Below, piece by piece: positions 13,054 to 26,100 of a stretch of 64,000 nt of DNA. The notes under the pieces were generated by a model that saw only the letters and a program-made list of their open reading frames with translations, did not search any database and was not told the origin of the DNA. Both the position numbers and the translations under genes were made by a program. The stretch is from NCBI GenBank assembly GCA_013239625.1, contig MU054220.1, positions 2,665,374 through 2,729,373 on the forward strand. The letters run 5' to 3'. Numbering within the stretch: the stretch's first letter is position 1; each line of letters opens with the position of its first letter. This DNA comes from Lama guanicoe (Eukaryota).

Positions 13054-13320
13054 TGGATTTCTTTCATTTGTTTTCTTCTCTGATTGCTGTGGCTAGGACT
13101 TACAAAATTTGGTGAATTAAAGTGGTAAAAATGGGCGTCCTTGTCTTGTTCCTGATTCTGGAAAGCTTTCAGCTTTTCACCACTGAGTATGCTGAGTATG
13201 ATGTTAGCAGTGGGTTTGTCATATATGGCCTTTATTATGCTGAGGTATGTTCCCTCTATGCCCATTTTCTGGAGCGCTTTTTATCATAAATGGATATTGA
13301 ATTTTATCAAAAGCTTTTTC
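13054..13320 (-). mobile_element. Older LINE-1 ORF2, continuation 5' of the nested insertion
   Basis: [22 protein letters not shown] frame; joins colinearly to the 10407 side across the TSD. Confidence 0.88.
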
Positions 13321-14949
13321 TAAGAGGACAAATACTCAAACTATATGCAGCTGTCATTTAGTAAACTCAAGAAAATCGGAAATAACTCAGCTGTAAAGGA
13401 TGAAGGCAGAGACAACTATTAGAAAGTCTGTTTCTTTTCATTAATTTAAAAATCTAACGATAGAGACAAAATGAAAGGACATAGTTCTAGGAAAGTCAGT
13501 TTTAAGATTAAGAAATCATTGAAAGGAGGGTGCATGCAGAGGGGCTATTTTATGTGAAAGAGGAAAAGAAATGGCTCAAGTCCTTGCACAGGTGCTGTGC
13601 CCTGGTCCCAGGCGGCCCCATAAAAGCTGCCATCACTGTCATCACACACACCAGTCCTTTTATGTCCCATACGCTTCCTTGTTTAAGTGCCTGTAGGGAA
13701 GAGATGGGAGTTTGAGCAAAATGAAGTGAGAAGCTGGTGGTCCCGGAAGGCAAAGGTGGCCAGCTTTTCTCAGGAGGGCTGATATCCCTGGGGGCTTCTC
13801 CATGCGACGTTCAGGTCACGTTTCCCCCGGGGACCTAGGCAGCCCCTGGGGCCAGTCCAGGCTGGCTGGGAGGATGCCATCATAGGAGTCATCACACTGC
13901 TTGAGTGTCCTTTTAACTTTAGAAGGAGCAGAAAAGGAGGCTTTGAGGTGTGATTTAAAAGTTAGGGATAAAACTCTAGGCCCAAAAGTATTTCAATGAC
14001 TATCTTCCACTGTGCTCCAATTCACCATTAAAGATTCATTTTGGGGGATTTTGAAGGGTTTTTCTATTTTCAAGAAGCCCTTCATGAACACAGATAGCTC
14101 TGGGAGACATAAAAGGGAGGCTAAACCTCAAAAAAGATTAGATAGAACCAGTTGATAATAAGAGAATGGCTGAAAAGTGGAAAGAAAGAGAAGGGGCCAA
14201 AGTCCTGGAAAATGTAGTGGGCAGCCTCTGTCTCTTTCACTGCCTTGTGTAGAGAAGAGGTATATGTGTGTGTGTGTGTGTCCCCATCCGTCCACTCCCC
14301 TCTCCTGCATCCACTTCAGATTTTGCTGATGGATTGTGATGCACTTGCCTACTAGCCTTGAGCATCCTTTTCATCACAGCTCCCCAAGGTACCACTACCA
14401 GTCAGCTGGGGCAGACTGGTAAGAAAAACCCTTGCTGATGTGAAACCAGGTCCCAGGCAAGCCTTGGCTACTTGGGAGAAGTACTTGGAGAGATCATTTC
14501 AAGGTGCAGGACAATAAATGAGCTTTTGGGCCCCAGGATCTAGTGCAGTCATAATGAAATTAACCACCTGAATGGTGTTTGTAATATAATATCATCTCAT
14601 TTAATCCTCACAAAACCCAGTGAATGCTCCCATTAAACAGACAGATAAGAAAAGGCTCAGCTAGTACATGTCGGTACCAGAATCTCCATCTGCGTCTTCT
14701 AACACCAAGCTCATAGTCTTTTCACTGCCCCACCAGAACCTGGCTCAGGCACAGCTGTCACAGGTCTAATGAAGGTGGTAGTAGAATAATAGTACAGAAG
14801 TGAAGAGGAAAATCTCTCCAGTATGACTTGCACCCCCATCACTCATCCCTGAGATAATCTTGCTAAACTCACCAGCAATAATCCCCATGTTTCAGAATTC
14901 CATGGGCATTAAAATACAAAAAACTTAAACAATTCATTAATAAATTTTT

Positions 14950-15650
14950 GTTTGAAAAATGCAAACCATTCCAAAGCATACAGAATAAAAGTCTTTTTTT
15001 TTACCTATCCTCACTAATTCTAAACCACTTTTCAGGTTAATTATTGTTAGTAGTTTGCTAAATATTCTTCTGGACATTTTTCTATGCATTTATATCCATA
15101 TAAAACCTAAATACGCAAATATTCCAGTTTATAAATGTATACCAATAAGATTTTACTAAGTATATTGCTCTGCAGCTTACTTTTTCACTTCTGCCTGTCT
15201 TGGGGAGATTTCCATTTAAGTATCTATAAATTTACATTATTATTTTATCCTACTGCCCAGTATTCAATAGTATGTGCCATTGTTTTCTTTCTACCGAAGG
15301 ACATTCATGTTACTAGCAGTTTTTCAGTTTTACAAATAGTGCTGCAGTGAACAGTGTTATAATCACAACCTGTTGTATATGAGTGAGCATTTCCCTAGTA
15401 TAGGTACCTAGAAGAGAAACTGCTGGGTTAAAGAGTGTATGTAGTTTATATTTTTATAGATGCTGTCAAGACAACCCCAAAAGTTGATACCATTACATTT
15501 CTACCAACAGGATGTGAGAGTAACCCTTTCCCCTATCTTTGCCCACACTAAGTATTATTAATCTTGAAAATCTTAACCATCTGGTGGTTGAACAGTGATA
15601 TCTTACGTTTTAATTTGTATTTTCTGACTATTAGTGAGATTGAGCAACAG
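14950..15650 (-). mobile_element. Ancient L1ME-like fragment
   Basis: Degenerate antisense L1 ORF2 end / 3'UTR text. Confidence 0.6.
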
Positions 15651-15679
15651 GTATTTTAAAAATCTTAACTTAATCTCTC

Positions 15680-16400
15680 AAGCAATTGTTGATACTCTCT
15701 CCCTAAAATATTCCCTTTCCTTGGCTTCTGTGACAATCCACACCACACTGTGCTGGCTTTGCTTCTACATCTCTGGTCTCCATTCCTGACTCTTCCTTCT
15801 ACACCTGGCTTTAACTACTGATGGTCCTCAAGGTTTGGTCTTAGTCATCTCTCCCCTGCTCCCCAAAACACGCAGATCTCGATCTCTCCCCAGACAACCT
15901 CATTCAGGCCATTTCAGCCTTCAAATTTTATCCATACACCAATGACTCCCAAATTTTATCTCCATCCTCTCCTCTCCTCTTGCTCTCGACCATCTACTCC
16001 ACATCTCTACTTGAATGCCCCAAAAGCAAGTTAAACTCATCATTCCTAACCTGAACTCAAAAACTGATTCCTGCCACTCGTCCTTTAGTATTCCCAACTC
16101 AGTGTCTGCCTCACCAACCTCTAGTTCCCCAACAAGAACCTTATGAATCATTTTTGATGGTTTCCATGCCATGATTCTGGTATTCACTTCATTCTACATC
16201 CTATTGGCTCTTTGTCCTAAATATCTCTGGAAAGCACCCATTTCTTTCCATCTCCCCATTGCCCAATTCCCCAAAACTTTTGCAGTGGCTTCCAAACTGG
16301 CTAAATCCATGCTTGGTCTTGGCCAGCCTGTTCTTTGCAGTATAACCAAAGTGATTTTCAAAAAGCAAATCTGATTGTGTCATTCCTCTACACAAAGATA
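15680..16400 (+). mobile_element. LINE-2 fragment
   Basis: C/T-rich L2 hallmarks (ccttggcttctgtgaca, atgactcccaaattttatctcc, aaaagcaaatctgattgtgtcattcctct). Confidence 0.7.
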
Positions 16401-16615
16401 CAGCCACCAACTTGTTAAACACGAAGTTGTTTATAATGGTTGAAAGAAAGAAAGGAAGGAAAAAGAAAGATAGAAGGAAGAAGTAAATATTCAACAATGA
16501 CAGATTGATTAAATACGTTTAGTTCATCCATTTGATAGGACATGTAGATATTAAAAAAGTGTAATGCTAGCAAATATTAAAGATCAGATAATTGCTATTA
16601 TTTAAAAATTTAGAG

Positions 16616-17115
16616 CAGTGGTGTCTGATAGAAATATAACATGAGCCTCATATATAATTAAAAATTTTATAGTAACCACATAGAAAAGTGAAAAGAAACG
16701 GTTGAAACTAATTTTAATCATATATTTTATTTAATCCAATATATCAAAAAATCATTTCAACATATAAAAATTATTAATGGGATATTTTAAGTTATTTTTT
16801 CACGCTAAATCTTTGAACTTTCGTGTGTATTTTACACTTATAGCATATACAATTAGGATGCTAAATTTTTGAAAGAAATACTGATCTCTGAAGATTTAGG
16901 TTTCATGAAATTTACAGTTGAAAAGTAGAGTCACATACCTACATTGTTCCAAACATACTTAAAAGGTTTCCAGTAACTGAAATGAGGATCCGTTTTTAAA
17001 TTTAAATGTAAGTTAAATTAAATTAAATTGGAAATTTAGGTCCTCAGTTGCAGTAACCACTTTTCAAGTGCTCAGTTACCAATGTGGCTAGTGGCTACTA
17101 TATTGGATAAAGTGG
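16616..17115. mobile_element. hAT-Charlie DNA transposon derivative (MER33/Charlie5-like)
   Basis: Starts CAGTGGTGTCTGATAGAAATATAA and ends TGTGGCTAGTGGCTACTATATTGGATAAAGTGG, as recalled for MER33/MER3 termini. Confidence 0.75.
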
Positions 17116-17159
17116 TTCTAAAGTAAGGTAAAGACTGCAAGTTCCCTAATTCATTTTTA

Positions 17160-19200
17160 AACCTTGCAAACTTCATTATAAAAATCCTTCAAGGGATAAA
17201 AATATTATAGCCCAAACTCTCTTGGGAATAAAAGCTGAAAAAATTAGCCAATTGACTCAAGCAATATTTTAAAATACTCATAACCAAATAGGGTATATTT
17301 AAGGAATGCAAGAATGGCTCTTCCTATAAGATCCCATTCACAATTGGCATAAAAAACAGGATGCAAATAAACTTAACAAAAATAGGTATTTATGAAAAAA
17401 CAAACAATAAAACCTTGCTAAAAGACATGAAAGAAGACTTGAAAAATGGAGAGGTACACTCCATGATCCTGGAGGGAAAGACTAAATATTGGTAAAGATG
17501 TGAAGTCTTCTAAAATTAATCTGTAATTTTAATGTAATTCCAATCAAAATGCCAAGAGACAAGGTTTGTTGGAGGGGAAAGGGACTAGTTAAACTAATTC
17601 TAAAGTTTATGGAGAAAAGTAAACAAATGAAGCTTAGCCAGGAAAATAATGAAAAAAGGATAATTTGTTCTACCTGATATAAAAATGACCTATAAAACTA
17701 GAGTGATTAAAACATTGTGGTACTAGTGCAGGAAAAGACAGATAATGGAGATCAGCCTATGAATATGGGGGAACTTCATATATAACAAAGATGATATTTC
17801 AATATGGTGGGGAATGTGCTGATTATTTAATAAAAGTTATTGGCATCACTGAATATCCTAAGGGAAAAAGTGATGTTAAACCACCCCCCAAAATAAACTT
17901 CAGATAATTTAAACATTTGGAAATTAAGAAAACAAAACAAAAACTTGGAAATTCAAGAAGATGGTACTGGACTACATTTTAAAAGAATTTTGGGGGTGAG
18001 AAGGGCCTTTGGTAATATGGCACTGAGCCATCAGTCATGGAGGAAATGATTGACAGATTTGACTATTTTGGCAGACACTACTGGTTACCAATGAGATGTA
18101 AATAAAAATCTGCTGGGGACTACTGGGAAAGATTTTCCTTCCTGATGAGATAACAGATCTGTGAGATGAAAAAAAAAATTAGTCCTTATCCTCTTTCTTC
18201 CTAATTGGAGCATGAGGATGTAATATTTGGAGGTGTAGAAGCCATCTCATTTTACCAGGGGAGATGCTATCAACACATTGTAGATGGCAAATTTGAAAGC
18301 TGTAAAGAAACTGATGACATCTCTGAATCACAAAACCAATTCCGGGACCACCTACCTCTGGATTTTGGATTAATTATATAGTTCATATTTTATGGTTTAA
18401 GCCTCTGTTACTTGACTTTCTGTTCCCTAGGGCTGACAGAAATACACAAAAATTAAAACTTCCTATGGCAAAAGACACAATGAACTAAGTGAGAAAAAAT
18501 AATTTCAACATAGATGTCAAGGTTAATAGCCTCAATAAAGGCTATTACTTAATAAAAAAAACTTTTACTAACCAACAAGAAAAAAAGAGAATACTTTAAT
18601 AAAATAAAATAGGCAAAGAACATAAATAGAAAATTCATAAATTAAATTCAACTGACAAATAAAGATATAAAAATACATTTAACCTCACCAATAATCACAA
18701 ACTTACAGATTGCAGCCACAATAAAATATCATTTTCAGCCATAATATTGGCAAAGATAAAAAAGAGTGATAATGGTTAATGCTGGAGATGGTGTGGAGAA
18801 TCATCTTATCTCTTACATGTTGATGAAATGTAAGTTGGTACAATTTTCTACACAGCCATTCATTAGTATGAATCAAATTTTAAAAGATGTAGCCTATTTT
18901 TCTGAGCAATTTACCTTCTAGGAATTGTTTCTAAGGGAATAATCAGACGTGTGACAAAGGTGTGTATACAGTGATGTTTAGTGCAGTATGCCTTAGAATA
19001 GTAAAAAAAAAATTGGAAATAACTCAAATGTTTCCAATAATAAGAGATTAGTTAAATAAATTATGAACATTCATTCGATGGAATGGAATTCTATGTAGCT
19101 ATTAAGAAGGATGATGCATTGCTATAAATATTGACATGGAAAAATATTCATGATCTAGTGATAGTAGGAAAAAGCAGGTTACAAAACACTATGCGTTATG
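17160..19200 (+). mobile_element. Ancient L1 ORF2/3' fragment, interrupted by an LTR
   Basis: Degenerate ORF2 text (aaagaagacttgaaaaatggagag, ttccaatcaaaatgcca, gtgattaaaacattgtggtactag). Confidence 0.7.
18069..18445. mobile_element. MaLR (MLT1-like) solo LTR fragment
   Basis: MLT1-like text (ctgctggggactactgggaaagattttcc...tttaagcctctgtta) splitting the L1 phrase gatttgacta|aaaattaaaacttc. Confidence 0.55.
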
Positions 19201-22200
19201 ATTTTATTTATGTTATATACATATGTTTATATATATAACATACATATAAATAACAGGATTTTTTTAAATAATAGTGATTATCTTTAGGAAGTGGGATTAT
19301 AAGGGAACATTAATTTCTCTATTGGTTGAATACTTTATACATCAGAAAAAATAAAATGGATTCCAGTTTAGGAAATAAAACATTTCCAGAATAATATGCA
19401 ATGATGTGAAAAGAAACATACGATATATTGCTGTTTAAAAATAGGATACACATCAATGTTATAGTAGGGTTATTTTAAGAGTGGAGCTAATTTTGTTGAA
19501 AATTACCTGGAAATTGGTACACCAATATGTTAACAGTAGTTATCTCTCAGGAGGGGGGCTGGTGGGAATCTGAATAATTTAGATTTTATTGGTGATACTT
19601 CCCTCTTTAAAAATATTTTTAAAAGATATTTGTATTGCTTCTATAGAAAAAAATGTTACTCTGAAAAATAAAAGAAAGAAGAAAGGTGAGAAGGAAGGAG
19701 GGATGGACAAACCAAGACTAACTTGGACCAAGTCCTCTTGGAGGACAGCTAGGATCCTGAGAAGCCTACAAGATAGGTTGATTTGATGGCATTAAATACA
19801 ATCCCTCACATTTATTTAATTTTTTTTGGTCTTTTGTCAAGCCACAATGGATTTGAGGCAACAACTCAAAAGAAAAGATATTATAAAACAGAAAATTACA
19901 AAGAAAAAGTATCAGGATCAAGAAAAATAGTGATGGACTAGAAAGACAAGACTGGGGGGAAGCAGGGTAATGCACACTTATGAAAGTTGAGCTGTAAGGT
20001 GAGCTTCCCCTGATTCCACAGTCCCTGAGGTCTTGCCCAGCTAGAAACTTCCAACATCCTGGCATCTTCACATGGTGAGCGCACCAAGAGGATAGTATAG
20101 TAGATACATTGTGGAGTGTCAATCTGTCCAGCTCATAGGGACCCCTTTTCTTTTGCCTCCTTAAGGGGGCCTTGCAGTAAGTATCACAGTGGACTGTGTG
20201 GGGTGAACTTCTGGCCCAAGGGGAGCAGAGTAGTCTCTCCTAGACATTCAGAACAGGGCCTGAGAGCTGGCTTCAGTTGGCCTGGCCACTCAGAGTGGCT
20301 ACACAGAGCAGAGCACACCTCTTAGTTGGAGCCTTAGAGCTCACTTCTATTTTGTGAGGCTCCTGGTGCGTTAAGAAATAAAGAAACAAGGTTACAAAAC
20401 CAATAGTATATTCTTAATGTTTATATTGAACAAATTAATGCTTTTAACACCAAAAAATATAGTGCCACAAAAAATGTTCTGTTCACAAGATAATTACAGG
20501 ATTTATTAAAAATATTAATTCATGGTGCACTACAGGCAGTGTGGTCCAGAGCCAAAAAGGCCTGTGCCAACCTCCTGCTCCCCTCCCGCCACATGCCCCC
20601 GACGCTGTGAACTCCGTGCACAGGAGGAAACCCAAGTGCAGCTGGCAGCAGGCAGACGTGGGGAGTCGCTGCTCCTGCTTCCCCTCCCTTGCCAGGGCTC
20701 AAGTCCAGGTCCTTCTGAGGCCCACTGATCCGGCCCCCTGAGACACTCCATCCTGCCAACTAGGTCCCTCATTCACTAACTCCGCCTGACAGAGATTTCT
20801 TCCTACCGCTGGCAACCACAAGAACTTCAGAACAACTTAGAAACATCTCAGATTCTTAGTTTTCACTTGCAATGAATTCCCCTCCCAGGGAGACAGGGAG
20901 TTTTCAGCTTCTGTGGTCCTCGTCTGCAGTGAGTTCATGCATATTCTCCCAAGGTGGAGGAGGACTGTTTAAAAGATGCTGAGTGGCAGGGAGAAGAATG
21001 TCACCTCAACATCCCTCCGCCAAGCCGGGAGAGGTTTGGCTGAGTCTCAAGGACGCAGGTTCAGACAAGGGCAGGCTGGACTGCCTTACTGCTAGCCGGA
21101 GTCGTTTTCCTGGCGGTGGAAAATGATGGGGAGCCTTGGGGGCCTGCTTCAAGGCCTCTCCTATAGTGGATTGGTCCTAAAACTGGCTTCTGAAGTGGGA
21201 GGAAGAAGGTGAGGCGAGGCATCTGACCTCTAAGGGGTTGCCGTACTGACTCCGCTCTGTGGGAAAATAGCACAGCAGAAGCTGGTTACACTTAGTGATC
21301 TGATTTCTCCGCCATTCCCGTGGTGCCTAGCAGCGAGCCTTAAATAAAGCAGACACACAGTAGCTGTCTGTGGTTCCCAGTGCTGCTGGCAACATAAAGC
21401 CTTTGTCCTTTGCTTTTTGCTAAGGCAGCCCCAGGAGAATGTTCCTGGACTCACCTCCTCCCCTCCCACTGCCAACTGGAATTCTTTCATTTCATCAACA
21501 AATATTTCTTGAGCATCTACTTTGTGCTAGGCTCTGTCTAGGGGCTGGGTATAGAGGGGTGATGAACAAGACGGCTATGGCCCTTTCTTGGAACTTCTTC
21601 ATCTTCGCACACCACTTTTCACCACCACCCTCAAATATACATAAAATAAAAACACACACAAAAAGAGAGAATCGTGTCTCATTTGTCTAGACCCACCAAA
21701 GAATACCAAGCACGTGGTTTCAGAGAGAGAGAGAGAGGGAGAGAGAAAAGCACTCACTAGAAAGAAAACTCTCAATTCTGTGGTAGTCTCCCAGAACAAG
21801 GGGACCATTTTTATCAGTCCTTATTCAAAAATCCCATGTCCCCACCTCAATGCACATACATATGTTACTCTCACAGTTTACATTCATGACATGTACAGCT
21901 GGAGAGCAGCAAAGTCTGCCTCCCACATTATACAGAACGGATTGGCAGCTCGGACTGAAGGCGATAGAAATAAGCTATTGATCAAGGGTTATAAAAGTTC
22001 TGCCACTGGGATCCTGTGATGCTTGCAAGCTGAGGGCAGCAGTAAAGTGCTACACAAATGCAATAACATTTATAACCTGAGGGCAAGTGCTTTTTACATG
22101 AAAATAAAAAGCTGATCTTCTGTTTAATTCTCTCCCCCTCTCTGTGCTGGATTGGCCTTTGACAAGGGCAGGGACAGGAGCCTAAGCGGGGCCACTCTGG

Positions 22201-22617
22201 ATGGGCTGGCCTCTTACTCTCTGGGTAGGTGACATGGGTTCTCTTTTCTCCATGCCAGTGCCTCTGTTGGTCTGTGGAGTAACCTGCACTTTTTAAAAGC
22301 TTCTCTGGCAGTCAGGAAGAAGCATCTGTATCCTGCCATCCTGAGAGGCTCAATAGTGCCATGGCCCCATGGGCCTGCCTTGGTTTGCTTTGTGGATGTT
22401 GCCTGGTCCTGTTGGGAGCTGAACTTTTCACTCGAGTGGATGCTGGAAATCACTCTTTAGAGCTTCATTCTGTGACATTTGTAAAAAGGAGAAGTCCTAT
22501 TTTAGGGAGAAATAAATGGAGAATCTCTTCTCCATGGCTGTGGAGGTACGGCAAAATAGCAAATGCATCATAATGACTGGACCGGAGGAACCCAGCTTCT
22601 TCCAAAACTCAGCAGAC

Positions 22618-22907
22618 CAATGTTTCCTAATATGTGTTCACAGGAACATTGGTCCTGCAAAATACTTACGACAAAATTAGGTTATATCATCAAGTAAATT
22701 AGGACCATGTTTCCTCTTGGAGATTTCTACTGCATCTTTGCAATTTAAAGGCTCTGAGAAGTCCTGCAGTAAGGAAACACTTTAACTTTGCTTAGCAGCA
22801 TTTCCTAGATTTACTTGCCTGCCAAATTGTTCTCACACTTAAAATTTCTTTGATCTTTTCTCCTTTTTTACCCAATGTCTACTAACAACACAGTTTAGGA
22901 AATGCTG
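22618..22907. mobile_element. hAT-type MITE with terminal inverted repeats; homologous to the element that forms exon 3
   Basis: TIRs CAATGTTTCCTAA / TTAGGAAATGCTG. The internal TTAAAGGCTCTGAGAAGTCCTGCAGTAAGGAAAC is the near-exact reverse complement of 62402-62435. Confidence 0.8.
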
Positions 22908-22949
22908 CAGAGATACTTACAAAAGGGTATGATATTTTGCCTGCCATAA

Positions 22950-23160
22950 ATTGTATGCCTACCATGCGCAAGACACTTTACATGGATTATTTCTAACCAC
23001 CAAAACAACTCTGCAAGTATTATTGTCCCTATTTCACAGGTGAGAAAAATGAGGCTAAGAGTGGATAAATAAGCTGCCCAAAGCCCTTCAGTTAAATAGT
23101 TACTTAGACAAGATTCTCACCCAGGCCGTTCTGACTCCAAACTCTACATTTTATTATACC
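22950..23160 (-). mobile_element. MIR SINE
   Basis: Antisense core tttcacaggtgagaaaaatgaggct...ctgactccaaa. Confidence 0.7.
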
Positions 23161-26100
23161 ATGTGTCTTCCTATTTGGAATAGACTTACTTCTCTTCTTG
23201 CCAAAGAGTAGTGAGTTGCTCTACTTTGGAGACCTTGTCTCGAATCCATTCATTCCTTTTAAAGCCTTGCCTGATTTATCTCTTAGCCTAGCACTTCCCC
23301 ATATCTCCTTCCTCCCAGCTCACAGGAATTCCCATTAGAAAGCAGAACCTGAACCTAAGTAGCCATGGGCAGGAATCCCAGTTTTGCCATTTACTATTTA
23401 TGTGACTTTAGGCAATTTACTTAACCTCTCTGTACCTCAATATTCTTATCTATAAAATTTTAAGTATGTACAAAACATCTGGCCCAGAATGCTTAGCAAA
23501 TGACAGCTGTTATTTTCACTGTTAATAATTAACAGTATGTGTTCATGAAGGGAAGAAACACTCATCAAGAAAATTTTAGGGATCCCTGTTTTAACTCCCC
23601 CAACTATCCTGGTATGATAAGACATTTTTGTGTTACAGATGTAAAAACTAAAACCTGTTAAGCCAGTGACTTTCTCAATGTCCAGCTAGCATATAGCAGA
23701 GCTGGGACCTGGATTCCAAGTTCATAGAAATTTGACATCCTGATGTGTCAAATAGCTAAATGCACCTGAGAAGGCAGAGAAATTCAGATTTAAAACTTTG
23801 GGAGCTATTTCCAATTGAAATCCAATCAGGAATGAGGATAACATTTCTCTGAAATTATAAATTTAAGTGAAAAATGAGAAACTTTAATTTTAAAAATTAG
23901 ATCTAAAATTAGATTGGAAGCGGGGCCCACTTGTATTATCCACTACCATATTTTGTTCATGTTTACTTCTTGTTATTCACAATTACACAGTCCAAATCAT
24001 TTTCCCTTAAAACAACAGTTTTGTAAATTGACTTACGTTCCAATAACAGATGAACATAAAATTTCCACGTTCATGCTGTCATACTCTCAGTCGATTTTGC
24101 TCTGTGGTCTTTTCGGTTTTGCCTAGGCTGCTGAGGCGAGGACACTCCAGGATGAAATGAGATGTCTTTAGGCACAGTTAGTCACAAAGCTTAGGTTCGA
24201 GCATTTCAGCTTGGAATGAGCCTGTTCCCATCAACCCACTGACGTTTATCATAGGAAATGTAGTCTTCATCCAGATTGGAATTGGAATGAGTTTTTCTTT
24301 TCTATTAGATGAACAGCGACAACACAATGTACTTGGAAAAACAAGTTTGTGCCTCTGCTAATTGAGGAAGTAGTATTAAAATAAAGTGTTTGTGGCCCTG
24401 AGACTTATAACCCCTGTACCTTCAGGGAGTCAAAAGTCCCCAGTTGGCTACTGGAAAATGCTTCTTGTATTTTAATTCTCACTCTCAATAAGTTAGGAGG
24501 ACATATTGCTGTTTCAGGTCCCTACTTCTCTGTGTTATTTCCATATCCACCAATGCAATTCTTAGCCCCAAATCCCTAACCCACTACCACCTCTAGTTTC
24601 AGTCACTCATCCAGATGCTGGAACAGCAGAGGTAGTGTTATTTTAAATTAAAATTTAATTAATTCCTCTTTCACTTACAACACTGGTTTTCAGTAAACTC
24701 AGTCTTTTGTGATTTCTGTCTCCTCAGTTCTCTGCAGGCCAAGAGAGGGAAAAAGGCAGTATGATGTGTCCATTTTACAGATGGGAACAACAGTGGACTG
24801 TGCTCAAAAGCAGTGAACAACCTCTGTCCCATCTCATCAACTTCATAGTGCAAAAAAGATTTGGCTTCTTCATGTAATGAAGTGTAAAACACAAATGTTT
24901 AGCCCTGGTGGGGAATACAGCTTTCATCAATAGACATCTATGGATACAATGCTTTGAGTCCAAAGTTTTTGAGTTTTGAGAACCTTAAAAACATTCATCA
25001 TTTGGATAGCTTTCTTAGCATTGCCACCTGTGGGGAAATATCCCATTTTAGAGATGAAGCTGAAAGGAAAGGAATTGGCTGGACTTAAAAGGAAAGACTA
25101 AAATCTAGGCCTTCTGCTTTCCCACTCCCACCATGTTGGGGTGTGGCTCTCCAAGTGTTCTAGCTGGGAAGCACACGGATGATGAGTTTAACACTAATGG
25201 GTGTCAGGTTCATCCAGAGATCATGACCTCAGTATGTAAATTATTCAGCAATGAGGTTGATGTGACTATTTATAGGTCATAAATCAGTTATAAACTCAGA
25301 AATCTGAGAATAGGTCCCTAAATAGAGAGGTGATTGTTATCCAGGGCTTAATTTAAATATGCAGAGTTGAAGCCAAGCAAATTACCTATCTGATACCCTT
25401 TGCATTGGACTTGGTGAGAAGTGGATAGGATAGGTGCTTTACTATAGCAAGGGATGAGGGGTAAGTCCAGGTATGACAAAATGGATTTCTATCTGGAGTA
25501 GGCTCCAAATAGTTGGTAATGGCTGTCTGATGCACTGTGTTGAGAAGGATTCTGAGGCCAAGTTCAGGCTCTGGGAAACGCACAGGCCACAGAATTGCCA
25601 TTCTTGGCTTGGTTGTATCGTACCCTTTACCCATCAGTGACAGGTGTTTCCCAAAGTGAGCACACTGGGTCCCATTTAGTCACCAAAATTGTCCTGCTGA
25701 CTCTTAGACTCTGATGCATCTCCTACAACCAATCAAGGAAAAAGAAACCAAACTGCCGCCTTTCAAAGACCCTTAGAGCAATGATAAGCCATATACAAGA
25801 TTGAGATAATGAAGAAGAAATGAGGACACTCGGAGGTCTAGCTGTGACAAATCAGGCTGTTGACTGGATTTGGGGTAACTCCTTGTGACCATCATCCAGA
25901 CAGGGAGGCTTCTCCGCTGTGTCTGAGTCCTGAGACTCTGCATGCCTCTGTTCTTTTCATCTTTAGTAGTATCTCTTTCTCTCATTTAAGATCTTAGTCC
26001 ATCCCAGTGCACACTTCCATCGTATTTCAGCATGAAGGAATGGCAGGACTGAAGAGATACATCCGAGGTCATTCCTAAACTCTAAGTTGCTCTAGTCTCC

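Noticed and set aside
20380..21270. Possible 3' end of a minus-strand transcript or processed pseudogene (TTTATT near 20501, GC-rich block)
   Set aside because: No poly-A remnant, TSD or recognisable protein in any frame.
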